Source: a virus
Virus record (IMG/VR): IMGVR_UViG_3300045988_063132
Coordinates: 1 to 64,000 of that record
Strand: one strand, 5' to 3'
DNA length: 64,000 nucleotides
The notes under the pieces were generated by a model. That model searched no databases, had not been told where the DNA came from, and saw only the letters and a program-made list of their open reading frames with translations. Both the position numbers and the translations under genes were made by a program. This document shows positions 30,813 to 40,817 of this stretch, in pieces; the first letter of the stretch is position 1, and each line of letters opens with the position of its first letter.

Positions 30813-31134
30813 TATCTGTTTTTATAGAATTAGGTCTAATGGTATTGGCAAATATCTTTAAAGAATCTATCCAACGATCTGCATCAAAAACTATTAAAGA
30901 ATTTAGTAAATCAACCTCTTCTTTTGTGTAATCTTCTCTTGGTTCTAAAATTACTAATTCGTCATAATCAATTTTACCCTTAGTAATAGGGAAACACAAT
31001 GTCGTATGATCTGTAATATAATGGAACTTATTGTATGATAGATCTATATGAAATAACTTACTAAATAGTTTAGTTATTCTTGAATGTTCTTTCCAAAGTA
31101 GAAAACTACCAGGTTTAATTTTCAGAGTTTCCAT
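30745..31134 (-). CDS. hypothetical protein
   Basis: 129-aa ORF. Confidence 0.4.
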   Translation of the reverse strand: METLKIKPGSFLLWKEHSRITKLFSKLFHIDLSYNKFHYITDHTTLCFPITKGKIDYDELVILEPREDYTKEEVDLLNSLIVFDADRWIDSLKIFANTIRPNSIKTDSDLDDLLWNENYKMAYDFSKKN

Positions 31135-31498
31135 ATTTTATTTTTAATATAATAGTCAACTGGACTCTATCACCAATAATAATGGGTATTAAAGCTTTGT
31201 TCACACACAATTCATCTTCTGCAGGACCAGCTTTCAATATCCCTTTATCTTTGAAAGACTTAATGTATCTACTCAGGTTATCCTTAGTAATACCTAGATT
31301 CTCAATAATCCATTTTCTATTGTGTCTATTAGCTACATTTTTATTTGTGTTTGGTTCTTTTTCATATTCAATATCCATTCTAATCAATGTAGCCATTAAC
31401 TCTAATTCTCTATCGGTTAACCTAAGTATGCCATTAAGTGTATGTAAGAATTCTGTTATAAGTTCATCCTTGTTGACTTGTTTAACAAGCTTATTCAT
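31115..31498 (-). CDS. hypothetical protein, possible HTH DNA-binding
   Basis: 127 aa with LGITKDNLSRYIKSFKDKGIL, a helix-turn-helix-like segment. Confidence 0.4.
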   Translation of the reverse strand: MNKLVKQVNKDELITEFLHTLNGILRLTDRELELMATLIRMDIEYEKEPNTNKNVANRHNRKWIIENLGITKDNLSRYIKSFKDKGILKAGPAEDELCVNKALIPIIIGDRVQLTIILKIKYGNSEN

Positions 31499-31964
31499 TT
31501 ATAATAGATTCAAATTTATTTAGAACTTTCATCAGATTAAAGTAAACAGTATCATGTTCTACTTTTTGACATGTAGGCATTTTACCTGCTTCATATTTTT
31601 CTTCAACTACTTTATTACGTTGATTGTACTTATTCTGTAATCTCTTAATTTCTGTATAAAGCTTTTTTACTTTATCAGAATTATTATCAATTTTATCTTC
31701 CTTAGTAGGAGATAAAAGACCTGCTTTTGTATAGTTATCGATCACTTTTGCAGAAATAACCATACTCTTTGCCGAATAAGTGTTGTCTGTAGTTTTCTCT
31801 GAACTCATGATGAAATTTTCATTTTCTTTATTATAAGAAAATACATCATCTACTTCTGCACACCCAAAAGGTTTAATAACTTTATACTCTGTAATCATAT
31901 TACTTATTTTTAAATTCGTTAATTGCAAGTTGTATCCACTTATTAATATCAAATTCAGTATCAC
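31491..31964 (-). CDS. hypothetical protein
   Basis: 157-aa ORF. Confidence 0.4.
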   Translation of the reverse strand: MILNLILISGYNLQLTNLKISNMITEYKVIKPFGCAEVDDVFSYNKENENFIMSSEKTTDNTYSAKSMVISAKVIDNYTKAGLLSPTKEDKIDNNSDKVKKLYTEIKRLQNKYNQRNKVVEEKYEAGKMPTCQKVEHDTVYFNLMKVLNKFESIINE

Positions 31965-32184
31965 CTTCTTTAATCGTAGTACCGTTACTAGTATATTGTT
32001 TAGGTTGCTGAAAGATATTATATAAACTTAGTGCATCTTGCATGGATAAATCGATAGAATCAATTACTTCACTATTAATATCATTAATGTCTTTAATCAC
32101 ATTCAATCTAATTTGCCCATTTGGAAGGAGAGTTATAAGCTTACTATAATCTCCTAACATGTTTTGTATCATTTGTTGTATCAT
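31900..32184 (-). CDS. hypothetical protein
   Basis: 94-aa ORF. Confidence 0.35.
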   Translation of the reverse strand: MIQQMIQNMLGDYSKLITLLPNGQIRLNVIKDINDINSEVIDSIDLSMQDALSLYNIFQQPKQYTSNGTTIKEGDTEFDINKWIQLAINEFKNK

Positions 32185-32314
32185 GACTCTATAACGTAAT
32201 AGTTGTGTTTTTGTTGCAACTTTTTACAAATAAAAAGGGGTTAAGTAAAACCTAACCCCTAGTGACACCACATACAACCACGATTTAATTAAAAGACTAA
32301 CGCTTTAGTCTAGT

Positions 32315-32692
32315 TTATTTTTTAATAAAAGCTACTACATTATATGGATTTACTAACTGAGAATCTTTAAATAGATCAAAATCAATTGTAGATTTTCTAG
32401 AGTAAGCTATAATATCACCTACTTCAGGATGATTGTTAGGATCTGTCCATTGATAGTTAGCTGGAATTGCTAACACTATACCTTTCTTAAAGGTTGTAGG
32501 TACTTTCTCTGTAACTGTTTCACTATCTGTAATCTGATAGCCATTTTCATCTGTTTCCCCAGTATTGATAGGCTTTGTTATTTCTTTTTCAATATACTCT
32601 TCTGGTAATGGTTTTACCAAGATATCTTTAATAAATTGAAACTCTAACTTAGACAGTACTGTATTCAATAATTCTTTATCTTCTGTATTCAT
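32315..32692 (-). CDS. hypothetical protein
   Basis: 125-aa ORF. Confidence 0.4.
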   Translation of the reverse strand: MNTEDKELLNTVLSKLEFQFIKDILVKPLPEEYIEKEITKPINTGETDENGYQITDSETVTEKVPTTFKKGIVLAIPANYQWTDPNNHPEVGDIIAYSRKSTIDFDLFKDSQLVNPYNVVAFIKK

Positions 32693-32752
32693 GAATAACT
32701 TAATTTAATTGGTTACTATAACGTAATAACTCTTGAAAATGTTCCAAAAACA

Positions 32753-32974
32753 TTATATTTTATATTTTAGTATATTACCACCTGTGCAGCATATATCTAA
32801 AGCTATCTTTGGACAATGTTCTTTATCTTCAAAGACACATCCATCACAACTACCACTAGGTTGAGGGTGTACTATGTATTCAATATCGTTGATTATTACT
32901 AAGCCTTTTAATATAGCTTCTTTAGCCTCTGGTTCTCCCATCTCAAATTTAATCATAATTAAACTCTCCATCAC
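32753..32974 (-). CDS. hypothetical small Cys-containing protein
   Basis: 73-aa ORF containing CDGCVFEDKEHCP. Confidence 0.35.
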   Translation of the reverse strand: MMESLIMIKFEMGEPEAKEAILKGLVIINDIEYIVHPQPSGSCDGCVFEDKEHCPKIALDICCTGGNILKYKI

Positions 32975-33100
32975 AAGGATCTATATCAAGATCTTCATCA
33001 TTACAATAGTTATAATCTATATCATCCATAATAGTATTAAGTTAAGTGATCTAGAGTAAGAGTAGATAGTTTATAATTTATTATCTTTACTCTGGATTTA

Positions 33101-33133
33101 TCTATCTATTACTATCTATTACTATCTATTACT
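33101..33133. repeat. tandem 10-bp repeat (actatctatt) x3.3
   Basis: tctatctatt, actatctatt, actatctatt and act read directly in the sequence. The array is intergenic. Confidence 0.7.
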
Positions 33134-33200
33134 CAGTAACAGATAACGTTTGATATATCAATTTTGTTCCATTTTTAGTAAAATAAAAATAATTTTAACA

Positions 33201-33401
33201 TTATTTATGATTATTTAATTCTTTCAACATTTGTACTCGTCTTTTTAGTTCTTTTTGAAACTCTTCCCAACCTTTTCTTCCAGTATACATTCCTTTGCCT
33301 ATGCAATATATACCGTTACCAATAGGTCCGATTTGACAATAATCTTTAATTTTCTTAGCACATTTTTCAAAATCTTCTATTGTTAGAGGCTTATTTAACA
33401 T
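33201..33401 (-). CDS. hypothetical protein
   Basis: 66-aa ORF. Confidence 0.35.
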   Translation of the reverse strand: MLNKPLTIEDFEKCAKKIKDYCQIGPIGNGIYCIGKGMYTGRKGWEEFQKELKRRVQMLKELNNHK

Positions 33402-33414
33402 AATTTAACTATTT

Positions 33415-33693
33415 TTAATATATTTTATAATTTAAAAGTGTTAACAAATCATAAAATTTGTTAATATTATCGAAATATAATGTATAACAAATCTTAAAAT
33501 ATGTTAAATTTTCAAAATAATTATTTAAAGATATTGCAGATATCTTAATACATTTATCACCATTTACCTTAGTATGTTCACCCATAACAAAACTTAATAC
33601 TTCAAATTCACTATATTCATAGTACCATAGCTTACTAGATTCATTGTAAGTAAATCCTTTTTCTAATAGTTCTTTTTTAATTTCTTCCATCAT
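33415..33693 (-). CDS. hypothetical protein (first gene of the minus-strand block)
   Basis: 92-aa ORF. Confidence 0.4.
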   Translation of the reverse strand: MMEEIKKELLEKGFTYNESSKLWYYEYSEFEVLSFVMGEHTKVNGDKCIKISAISLNNYFENLTYFKICYTLYFDNINKFYDLLTLLNYKIY

Positions 33694-33761
33694 AATAAAG
33701 TTTATTACATAAACGTGTATGTGGGAATATAGTTCAAAAATATTTTATAAAAATTTTTGGG

Positions 33762-33831
33762 TAGCGTAATAGTGAGAGCGTGAATAAAATTTTTCAAAAA
33801 TAAAAATATAGCATAATAATGAGAGCATGAA
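33762..33831. promoter_or_regulatory. two imperfect 23-bp direct repeats in the divergent control region
   Basis: tagcgtaatagtgagagcgtgaa (33762-33784) and tagcataataatgagagcatgaa (33809-33831). They differ only by three G-to-A changes. Confidence 0.5.
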
Positions 33832-33857
33832 GCACCAAACTCCAAGCCCCCCTCTTA

Positions 33858-33869
33858 CCCCTTCGGGGG
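33858..33869. other. GC tetraloop hairpin CCCC-UUCG-GGGG inside a GC island
   Basis: gcccccctcttaccccttcgggggaaacaccccc read directly in an otherwise AT-rich region. Confidence 0.5.
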
Positions 33870-33916
33870 AAACACCCCCGTTGTATAGTTTTGTTCTTAT
33901 TTAAATTTGTAGTATT

Positions 33917-34360
33917 GTGGATAAATTAAGTATTTTTCAGATCGAGGATGCAAGTACTAAAGAGTACGACGCTATCCGTGTGAAACTGTTTCCAGGTGAA
34001 GACATTGAAGACGCTGTTATAGGCTTTAATCGAATTGTCTTCGAAAACAATCAGAGTTTGTTATACTCCAGACTAAAGAAAAAGCTTGGAGATGAAGATA
34101 CCTGGGAATGTAATGAAGACTTTACTGATTGTGTAAAGGTTTCAGGTGAAGCTAAAAGAGTTGCTTGTCGTAAACACTATCGCTTTGAGCGTGATGCGAA
34201 AGGTAATATCAAGAAGGCTTCGCCTGAAAGAGTAATCAGTTTTGTTAAATTGGTTGCTTTTCGAGGCGATACAATTGAGTCTGAACTCGAAAGATATCTC
34301 AATCAGATACCTGATGAGTTATTTTTAGAGGATGAAGAAGAGAAAGAGGGAGAGGAATAA
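33917..34360 (+). CDS. hypothetical early protein
   Basis: 147-aa ORF, the first of the plus-strand block, with an acidic C-terminal tail. Confidence 0.5.
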   Translation: MDKLSIFQIEDASTKEYDAIRVKLFPGEDIEDAVIGFNRIVFENNQSLLYSRLKKKLGDEDTWECNEDFTDCVKVSGEAKRVACRKHYRFERDAKGNIKKASPERVISFVKLVAFRGDTIESELERYLNQIPDELFLEDEEEKEGEE

Positions 34361-34380
34361 ATCCTCTTCCCCTCTTTTTA
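34345..34380 (+). terminator. putative rho-independent terminator
   Basis: agagggagagga, ataaa, tcctcttcccctct form an imperfect hairpin that is followed by ttttt. Confidence 0.45.
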
Positions 34381-34496
34381 CGGCATCAATCATCAATCAT
34401 AAATAATCATTACATTTAATATATAGCGCATTATGGAGTACATCGTCGTTTTGATGTTTATCATTCTTCATTTAATAGACAAATATTTTATTAAAG

Positions 34497-34712
34497 ATGA
34501 TAAATAAGGAAATACAAGACTATATTGATTATCTATTATTTCTTAAATATGATAGACAATTAGTATGGTCTAATACTACAATTGCTAAAATGTCAGATAA
34601 GCATTTAGTTAATGCTATAAAATATCTGGAACAACATAATCCTAATCATAATATGTTAGCAATAATGTATAAAGAAAGAGACTATCGATTAGGTTGTTTT
34701 CAATTTACTTAA
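34497..34712 (+). CDS. hypothetical protein
   Basis: 71-aa ORF. Confidence 0.35.
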   Translation: MINKEIQDYIDYLLFLKYDRQLVWSNTTIAKMSDKHLVNAIKYLEQHNPNHNMLAIMYKERDYRLGCFQFT

Positions 34713-35789
34713 TTTTAATCAATAAAATTATACATCATGTCAGATATAGAATTTACAATGATTACTACTGCCATTTTACTATATGCTTCAGCTATAGGTA
34801 TAATAGCAGTTTTCATTCATACTCTTTATTCAATATACAAAGAGCGTAAAGAGCAGTAAAAACAAGTTATGTTTAACTTAATAGTTGTAGGTGTATATAC
34901 TTAAACCTTCAGCATTATGATTAAAAACAACCAATCCCAGGTGAGTGGAAGTTCCACTTTTAAATATCCTGGGCAGTAGCCAGCCACAGCTACATAAGTA
35001 AACTTGGGCATTTTATTTACTTGCTGGTGGGGTAGTTTAAACCAGTAGTGCTGTTTTTGGCAGTTTGATAACGAAGCACTTAAAAGATAACAAAGGTAAA
35101 CTGTACAGGAAACCAATTCCGATTTATAAGTTTGGTGACAACTTGAAAGAGAGTGACAGCTTGGAGAGACAGCATTGTATACTAATACTACTATTTTTTT
35201 ATGATTTAAGTTTTACAAGCGTCTTATAGTTTAATTTAGACTATAAGTTTCAGTGAAGGTTCTAACTGAGTAATGCGTATCAGAACCATAAAAAACTCAA
35301 TAACTTCCCAAGACATTGAGGGCACCAGTTTCTTATAGGTTACGCATGTGAGGACGAATATACTCCTTGCGATATAAGTTTTAGGTGTAAAATGCACGGT
35401 TCAATAAGCATTTATTTATAAATAGTTAACTGTCTTTTGAATATCTACTCCTCACAGTCGATTTCCTATATCGACTTATCATTGTGAAATGATTATTCCT
35501 CGCTAAGTAATAGTTAGTAAGTATGCGTTGATACGCCAAGGTACAGGTTAGGAGACCTGTATACTGAACACTATTACTCTCACCTCTCCAAAGTAATGAC
35601 AACCTCATCGTAGTTACTCACTCCTGCTTAATTTTATCGTTTATCGTTTGCCATAATCACGTAAGAGTAACGGGTTTTGGAGTCCAGTATTATAAGACCA
35701 GTGGAACACTAACACATAGTAATATGTATAGCATACTGGCATAGAAGCTAATAGTCATTATTTCTCTGAATATTAAATTCATAATATAT

Positions 35790-36119
35790 ATGGTTAGATT
35801 AATATTAGAGAACAAGTACGAAACCAGTTGGTTTCAACAGTTTCGATTTCTCAAAGCAGAATTGAGACTAAAACTACGAGAATGTATTAAATTGTTTTAT
35901 CATATTAAAAAAGGAAGAACAATATTAATACAACCTTGTAAAGACGAACTTCCTCTAAATTTAAAGCTTGATGTTTCATATCATAGATTAAAACCTTATT
36001 TCTATGTAGAAATGTCAGATATATCTTCAGTATTTAACAGTTTAGTTGATGCAAATCACTATACTTGTTATATTGTAGATTACTATAGAGGATATCGTAT
36101 TTACATTTCTCGTACGTAA
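35790..36119 (+). CDS. hypothetical protein
   Basis: 109-aa ORF. Confidence 0.4.
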   Translation: MVRLILENKYETSWFQQFRFLKAELRLKLRECIKLFYHIKKGRTILIQPCKDELPLNLKLDVSYHRLKPYFYVEMSDISSVFNSLVDANHYTCYIVDYYRGYRIYISRT

Positions 36120-36344
36120 ATTTAAAGAGTGAGTATTGCATTAATTCCTGTATTTGCTTTTACTCACTCTTTTGTCTTGAATATTAATTTAAAACATTCA
36201 TATTATGAAAATAGAAATCAAATTTGGAAAAGATTACACCTGTTGGTATTTAACTCCAGCTATTGGTATAGGGAATTTTAGTCTTTCTACTATTATTGGT
36301 ATAGCTTTCTTATGTTTTAGTATAGAATTAAAAGTTTATAAATC

Positions 36345-36587
36345 ATGAAAGCAGAACGTGGTAGTTTAATACAACAGCTTATAGGTAGAAAAGTAACTAT
36401 CATAAGCCACAATCTGATGGGAACAATCATATATATGGATATTGCTAAACATAGCAGATCTGTAAATATACTATTAAGGGTTAAAAGACTTGACAAAATA
36501 TCTTACAAGACTATTACTGAAGATAGAGAAATATCTCTGAGTCTTACAGGATTATTAAAGGATGTCAGGTTACACGCCTTAATATAA
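36345..36587 (+). CDS. hypothetical protein
   Basis: 80-aa ORF. Confidence 0.35.
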   Translation: MKAERGSLIQQLIGRKVTIISHNLMGTIIYMDIAKHSRSVNILLRVKRLDKISYKTITEDREISLSLTGLLKDVRLHALI

Positions 36588-36760
36588 TTTCTTAAGATAC
36601 TTGTTGAATGTAATTATAGACTCTATCTCGGATGACATGTGAATGGACTAGAGATTAACTTAACCATAGTGTAGTAATATAATAGCAGCTTGGCAGCGTT
36701 AGTGAAATTATTACTATTACTATGGTTATTTATTATTAATGCGTTTAAATCAATTAAATC

Positions 36761-37165
36761 ATGGGAATAAAACTTTTATTTAATTACAAGAATTTAAATC
36801 AAAAACTTCGCCAAATAAAAATTTTACAAACATTGTTTGGTTTAAGTTTAAAGGAAGCTAAATATGCTGTAGATTGTGGAGAACTTATCCTACAAGATGA
36901 ATGTGATAAAAGCTTAGTTGAAACGATTAGAAGTAATTCTGATGCCAATATTGAAGTAGTAATACTTTCTTCACAAAAAACAGAAAAAACGTTTCAACTA
37001 ACAGTTTATTCACATCTACAAAATCTATCTCCTCAAGAATGTATTCTTCTTAATAAGAAAGAATATGAAAAAGAGCGTAAAGAATTAATGAAATATAAAT
37101 CTTTATATTTTGATCTTGTAGGAAGTATAAATAGTATTTTAAATGAATTCTTAAAGAATAATTGA
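36761..37165 (+). CDS. hypothetical protein
   Basis: 134-aa ORF. Confidence 0.4.
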   Translation: MGIKLLFNYKNLNQKLRQIKILQTLFGLSLKEAKYAVDCGELILQDECDKSLVETIRSNSDANIEVVILSSQKTEKTFQLTVYSHLQNLSPQECILLNKKEYEKERKELMKYKSLYFDLVGSINSILNEFLKNN

Positions 37166-37219
37166 TGAAAATCAATTATATAGTTCAATTTTTATTAATT
37201 AATAAACGTTTATCAAAAA

Positions 37220-37735
37220 ATGGAAAATGAACAAGGTTCAGGAGCCTTTAAAGGCTTCGTGTCGGTAGTATTAGTACTACTGTTGGTATGTGCAGGTATT
37301 TGCACTTACAAGTATGTTAAGGGAGAAATCCCTGGTGTTACACAGAATTCCACTACTGAGGAATTTATTGAGTCTGAAATGCAAGCTGTGCCTACAGTGG
37401 AAGAAGCTATGCAAGAATGGAATGATCTTAGAGAATCATCCAGGTGTTACGAAGTTTATAGTAACTTTCCACCAGCAATAATGCAAGCATTGTTTGAAAA
37501 ATTGGGTACGCAAGAACCTGTAAAAAGTTATGTATATGAATACGAACGTAATAGGGAGTATTACATATCATTACAGATTGCTAAACAATTAGAAAAACAA
37601 GGACTCGATAATCCTGGAGTAGATGGAAAAAGAATTGAAGGAGTAGAAATAACTACAAAGTTAAAGAAAGAAAAGGAACCTGAGAAGGTACCAATTCCAG
37701 CAAAAGCTGCCAAGGATACAATAGTGTATCAATAA
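37220..37735 (+). CDS. membrane-anchored hypothetical protein
   Basis: 171 aa with an N-terminal hydrophobic segment, FVSVVLVLLLVCAGICTY. Confidence 0.45.
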   Translation: MENEQGSGAFKGFVSVVLVLLLVCAGICTYKYVKGEIPGVTQNSTTEEFIESEMQAVPTVEEAMQEWNDLRESSRCYEVYSNFPPAIMQALFEKLGTQEPVKSYVYEYERNREYYISLQIAKQLEKQGLDNPGVDGKRIEGVEITTKLKKEKEPEKVPIPAKAAKDTIVYQ

Positions 37736-38081
37736 CAGTTTGCAACTTCATTATTTCTTCAGTGGCTGTACTTGCATGTGAATGTAGGTGCAGTCGTCCT
37801 TACTGTGAGAATCAGTGATAAACTTGTGGGGCTCATGTCTTATCAAAAGGGTGGCCAACTTTTAGATAGCATTAGTGCGGACGTTAAAATCAAGTAGATG
37901 ATAAGAATTGTACTGACAATACAATTCTGCTGTATCTTAAAACAAGTTTTGATAGTCAAATTTTCCTAAACCAATCCTCGTTATTAGGTAAAATTTCTTT
38001 TTGTTTACGTATTGCTACAACAATATCCTCACTGTTCATTCGTTATTTGCATTGTAGTTGTAGATACAATGCCGTCATCAA

Positions 38082-38549
38082 ATGTCAAATTTAAAAACAA
38101 TCCAAAAAATGAAAGGAATTGTATTAATTGTGATGCCAGATGCATCACAACACGTAGAAGTAAAAATACCTAATGGTATTACTCCTGCACAGTTTGATGC
38201 GATTATGAATCGTATTAAGCACGACTTCTTTACGACAGTAAAACCACAAGCTGATGCTGATTCATTAGTTGTTACAACTTATGATGAAAGTGAAGCAAAT
38301 GCTATACTGTCAAATGCAACATCTATTAATGCTGCAAAAGTATTAATTGACGTTGTAGGTAATCCTCAAGACTCTGATTGGAGTGGAAGATTCTTTACAC
38401 TCTATGGTAACGGAGATCCGAAAGTAGCACAAGCAATCTTATTCTTAAAACAGAATATGGATGCTTCAGCACAGAATTATCTTAAATCTAATGGTTTAGG
38501 ATGGTTATGTGACTTCTTAGGTCTTGGTATAACCAAATTTAGATTCTAA
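38082..38549 (+). CDS. hypothetical protein
   Basis: 155-aa ORF. Confidence 0.45.
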   Translation: MSNLKTIQKMKGIVLIVMPDASQHVEVKIPNGITPAQFDAIMNRIKHDFFTTVKPQADADSLVVTTYDESEANAILSNATSINAAKVLIDVVGNPQDSDWSGRFFTLYGNGDPKVAQAILFLKQNMDASAQNYLKSNGLGWLCDFLGLGITKFRF

Positions 38550-38671
38550 TGGGAAAGACATTCAAAGACATGAAAGCATCCAAATCTTTACGAGAAAATA
38601 AAAATTCTCATAAGAAGCGGATGCTTCCTTACAAGAGAGAGAATAAAAAATATGATGAAACTCGCCAGTAA
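38549..38671 (+). CDS. small basic protein (40 aa), translationally coupled
   Basis: ATG overlaps the upstream stop as TAATG. Sequence is MGKTFKDMKASKSLRENKNSHKKRMLPYKRENKKYDETRQ. It is below the ORF-track size cutoff. Confidence 0.3.
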   Translation: MGKTFKDMKASKSLRENKNSHKKRMLPYKRENKKYDETRQ

Positions 38672-38854
38672 CATCAAATATTTTTATTATATGGTGGTTA
38701 TCCCCAAGAAAGTGTAAAAGTCCAGAGTCCTAAGACAAATCAAAGCTATATGAAGATATATAGTACGTCGATAAAGTAGTTGGGATATTGTCGAAATAAG
38801 TTAAATGAATAAGACAAACACTTTCTTTTTATTCGCATCTTAAAACAATCAAAT

Positions 38855-39076
38855 ATGAAAAGTAAAAAGAAATTATTTTTGTGGTTATATATACCACAAA
38901 ATAGTAAAGTACAGTTTGATCCTTACAAGAGTTCTGTAACTCGAGTAGAAGTAGAATGTACTTTTAAAAAAGTGATACGTGATAAACATTCACCAATTGT
39001 AGAGTATACTTATACTCATCCACGACTTAATAAAAAGCTTACAGGTATAATACCTAAAGCTTTGTGGGAGGCATAA
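38855..39076 (+). CDS. hypothetical protein
   Basis: 73-aa ORF. Confidence 0.35.
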   Translation: MKSKKKLFLWLYIPQNSKVQFDPYKSSVTRVEVECTFKKVIRDKHSPIVEYTYTHPRLNKKLTGIIPKALWEA

Positions 39077-39077
39077 T

Positions 39078-39263
39078 ATGTTAAGAGAGATTATAGAATA
39101 TATAGTATTCTTCATATGGATCTTTGGCTTTGTTATGTCATATGCGTTTGGTGATATTCCTGCGATACTATATATCGTAATCTCTTTTATTATTATGGCT
39201 CGTATTCACATACGAGGCTTAAAGAAACTATTTTTATTAATAATTAAATCAATTAAAGAATAA
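39078..39263 (+). CDS. small membrane protein
   Basis: 61 aa with two hydrophobic segments. Confidence 0.35.
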   Translation: MLREIIEYIVFFIWIFGFVMSYAFGDIPAILYIVISFIIMARIHIRGLKKLFLLIIKSIKE

Positions 39264-39268
39264 AAAGT

Positions 39269-39640
39269 ATGAGTTGGAGTGATGAACTTGAAGAACAAAT
39301 TCTTTATCACTTTGGTAAAGATCCACCAAGTGAAGATAAAGATATAAAAAAGAAAGAAATCAAGAAAAAGATACGAGAAGAATTAAGTAAAAATCCAACA
39401 TTATCTAATATCCTAAAACAAAACAAGGCTGAAGGTAAATTCATAAAAGAATTTACTGATCAACTTATGGGATATAATTATAGTCCTAGAGATATAGGTA
39501 TTAGAATTACTTATGCTATAAAACATAGTTGTTGTCCAATAGATAATGCGTTATGTTGGAGAAATACTAGTCAAGGTCACAGTTATTGGAAAAAACTTAA
39601 TTCAATTGTATCAGAAAATCTAAGGAAAACAAAATTTTAA
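39269..39640 (+). CDS. hypothetical protein
   Basis: 123-aa ORF. Confidence 0.4.
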   Translation: MSWSDELEEQILYHFGKDPPSEDKDIKKKEIKKKIREELSKNPTLSNILKQNKAEGKFIKEFTDQLMGYNYSPRDIGIRITYAIKHSCCPIDNALCWRNTSQGHSYWKKLNSIVSENLRKTKF

Positions 39641-39675
39641 ACACTTATTTATTAACACTTTAAATTATCAAAATT

Positions 39676-40074
39676 ATGAGCGAAATTAAAGACGAAATTC
39701 GTAACGGTAGAATTATCAACAAAGAAGTAGTAACTGCAGCAGCTGAAGAACTGGCTAAGAAACGTAATGCGAAACTGACGAAAGAAATGATGCGTATTGC
39801 CGTTGATTCTGAGTTCGAACGCAAGAATGCATTATTGAATTTGCAGCGCAATCGTGATGAAGAAGATCCGATCAAGGCTTGTTTGAAAGCTAAAGAAGCA
39901 AATGAAATTGCAGTAAAAGAAGGAAAGATGACACCGGAAGAATTTCGTGAAGCAAATCGTAAAGCCGATGATGAAAAAGCTAAAGCTTTACGTAGTATTT
40001 CTGATGAATACTACACTCTGCGTAACCAGTTGCAGAAGCAGTGTTATGACGTCCTGAATGATTGGGATGATTAA
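39676..40074 (+). CDS. charged helical hypothetical protein (GC-richer codon usage)
   Basis: 132 aa. Noticeably more G/C-ending codons than neighbouring genes. Confidence 0.45.
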   Translation: MSEIKDEIRNGRIINKEVVTAAAEELAKKRNAKLTKEMMRIAVDSEFERKNALLNLQRNRDEEDPIKACLKAKEANEIAVKEGKMTPEEFREANRKADDEKAKALRSISDEYYTLRNQLQKQCYDVLNDWDD

Positions 40075-40089
40075 TAACAACTCCGAACC

Positions 40090-40406
40090 TGTGCCGACAA
40101 GTACTGTAAAGCTTATCAATTAATATTAGTGTCTTTACATTTGTAGAGACACTAATACTAGTTAGTGCCGAAAGTTATTAAACCGAATGGATTTAGTAGG
40201 TAATTAAGTTGAATTGACAACTTCCCTCAAGTGCTATATGCCGTAGGGTGGAAAAACAACGTGCCACTGATCATGTGCCGAAGATCATTACTATTGTTTT
40301 AGCTATTGTACTTTATGTCCTGCATAAAAACAATAGGCTCTACTTGTAGAGTTTTATAGTAATGGTTATCAAAACACATATAGAAATTGTGCTTTATGCC
40401 GAAGTT
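40090..40406 (+). promoter_or_regulatory. cluster of five TGCCGA(A/C)(A/G) motifs in an ORF-free region
   Basis: gtgccgacaag at 40090, agtgccgaaag at 40164, atgccgtagg at 40238, tgtgccgaaga at 40274 and tatgccgaagtt at 40395. Confidence 0.35.
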
Positions 40407-40685
40407 TTATTTTTAATATATAGTATAAACGTTAAGTAAATCATATTTATATGATTTTTAAAATATTTATACGAACTTCAATTTCTATCAGTCTATCAAA
40501 GGCACAGAATTCTAAGTAATATAATGCTTTATGCTTAAATGTTGTTTATAGAAGAGAAAAATATGTAATAATGGGTCCTCGATAAGGACGTCTTTAGACG
40601 GTAATAGAGTAGGAACAGATAGTACAGTCGCTCTATAAAGAATATTTAGTATTACTTAGGATAAACTCTTAAAAATTCACAATTA

Positions 40686-40817
40686 TGGATTGGACAAGAG
40701 AAGACTTAGAAAATAAGTCAAAAGAAGAACTTATAGACATCATTATGAACATTCAGGAAGATTTAGAGTATTTTCCAGATCTTTATGATAGTACATATGA
40801 TGACTATGAGGAATAGA
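40686..40817 (+). CDS. small acidic protein (43 aa)
   Basis: MDWTREDLENKSKEELIDIIMNIQEDLEYFPDLYDSTYDDYEE. Below the ORF-track cutoff and read by eye. Confidence 0.25.

Noticed and set aside
33101-33133. CRISPR array
   Set aside because: The 10-bp units are directly tandem with no spacers. No CRISPR-like repeat-spacer structure was seen anywhere in the window.
33901-33908. TAAATTTG Bacteroidetes -7-like promoter motif upstream of the first plus-strand gene
   Set aside because: It is only 8 nt from the ATG, which is too close to be a -7 element for that gene. It was left unannotated.
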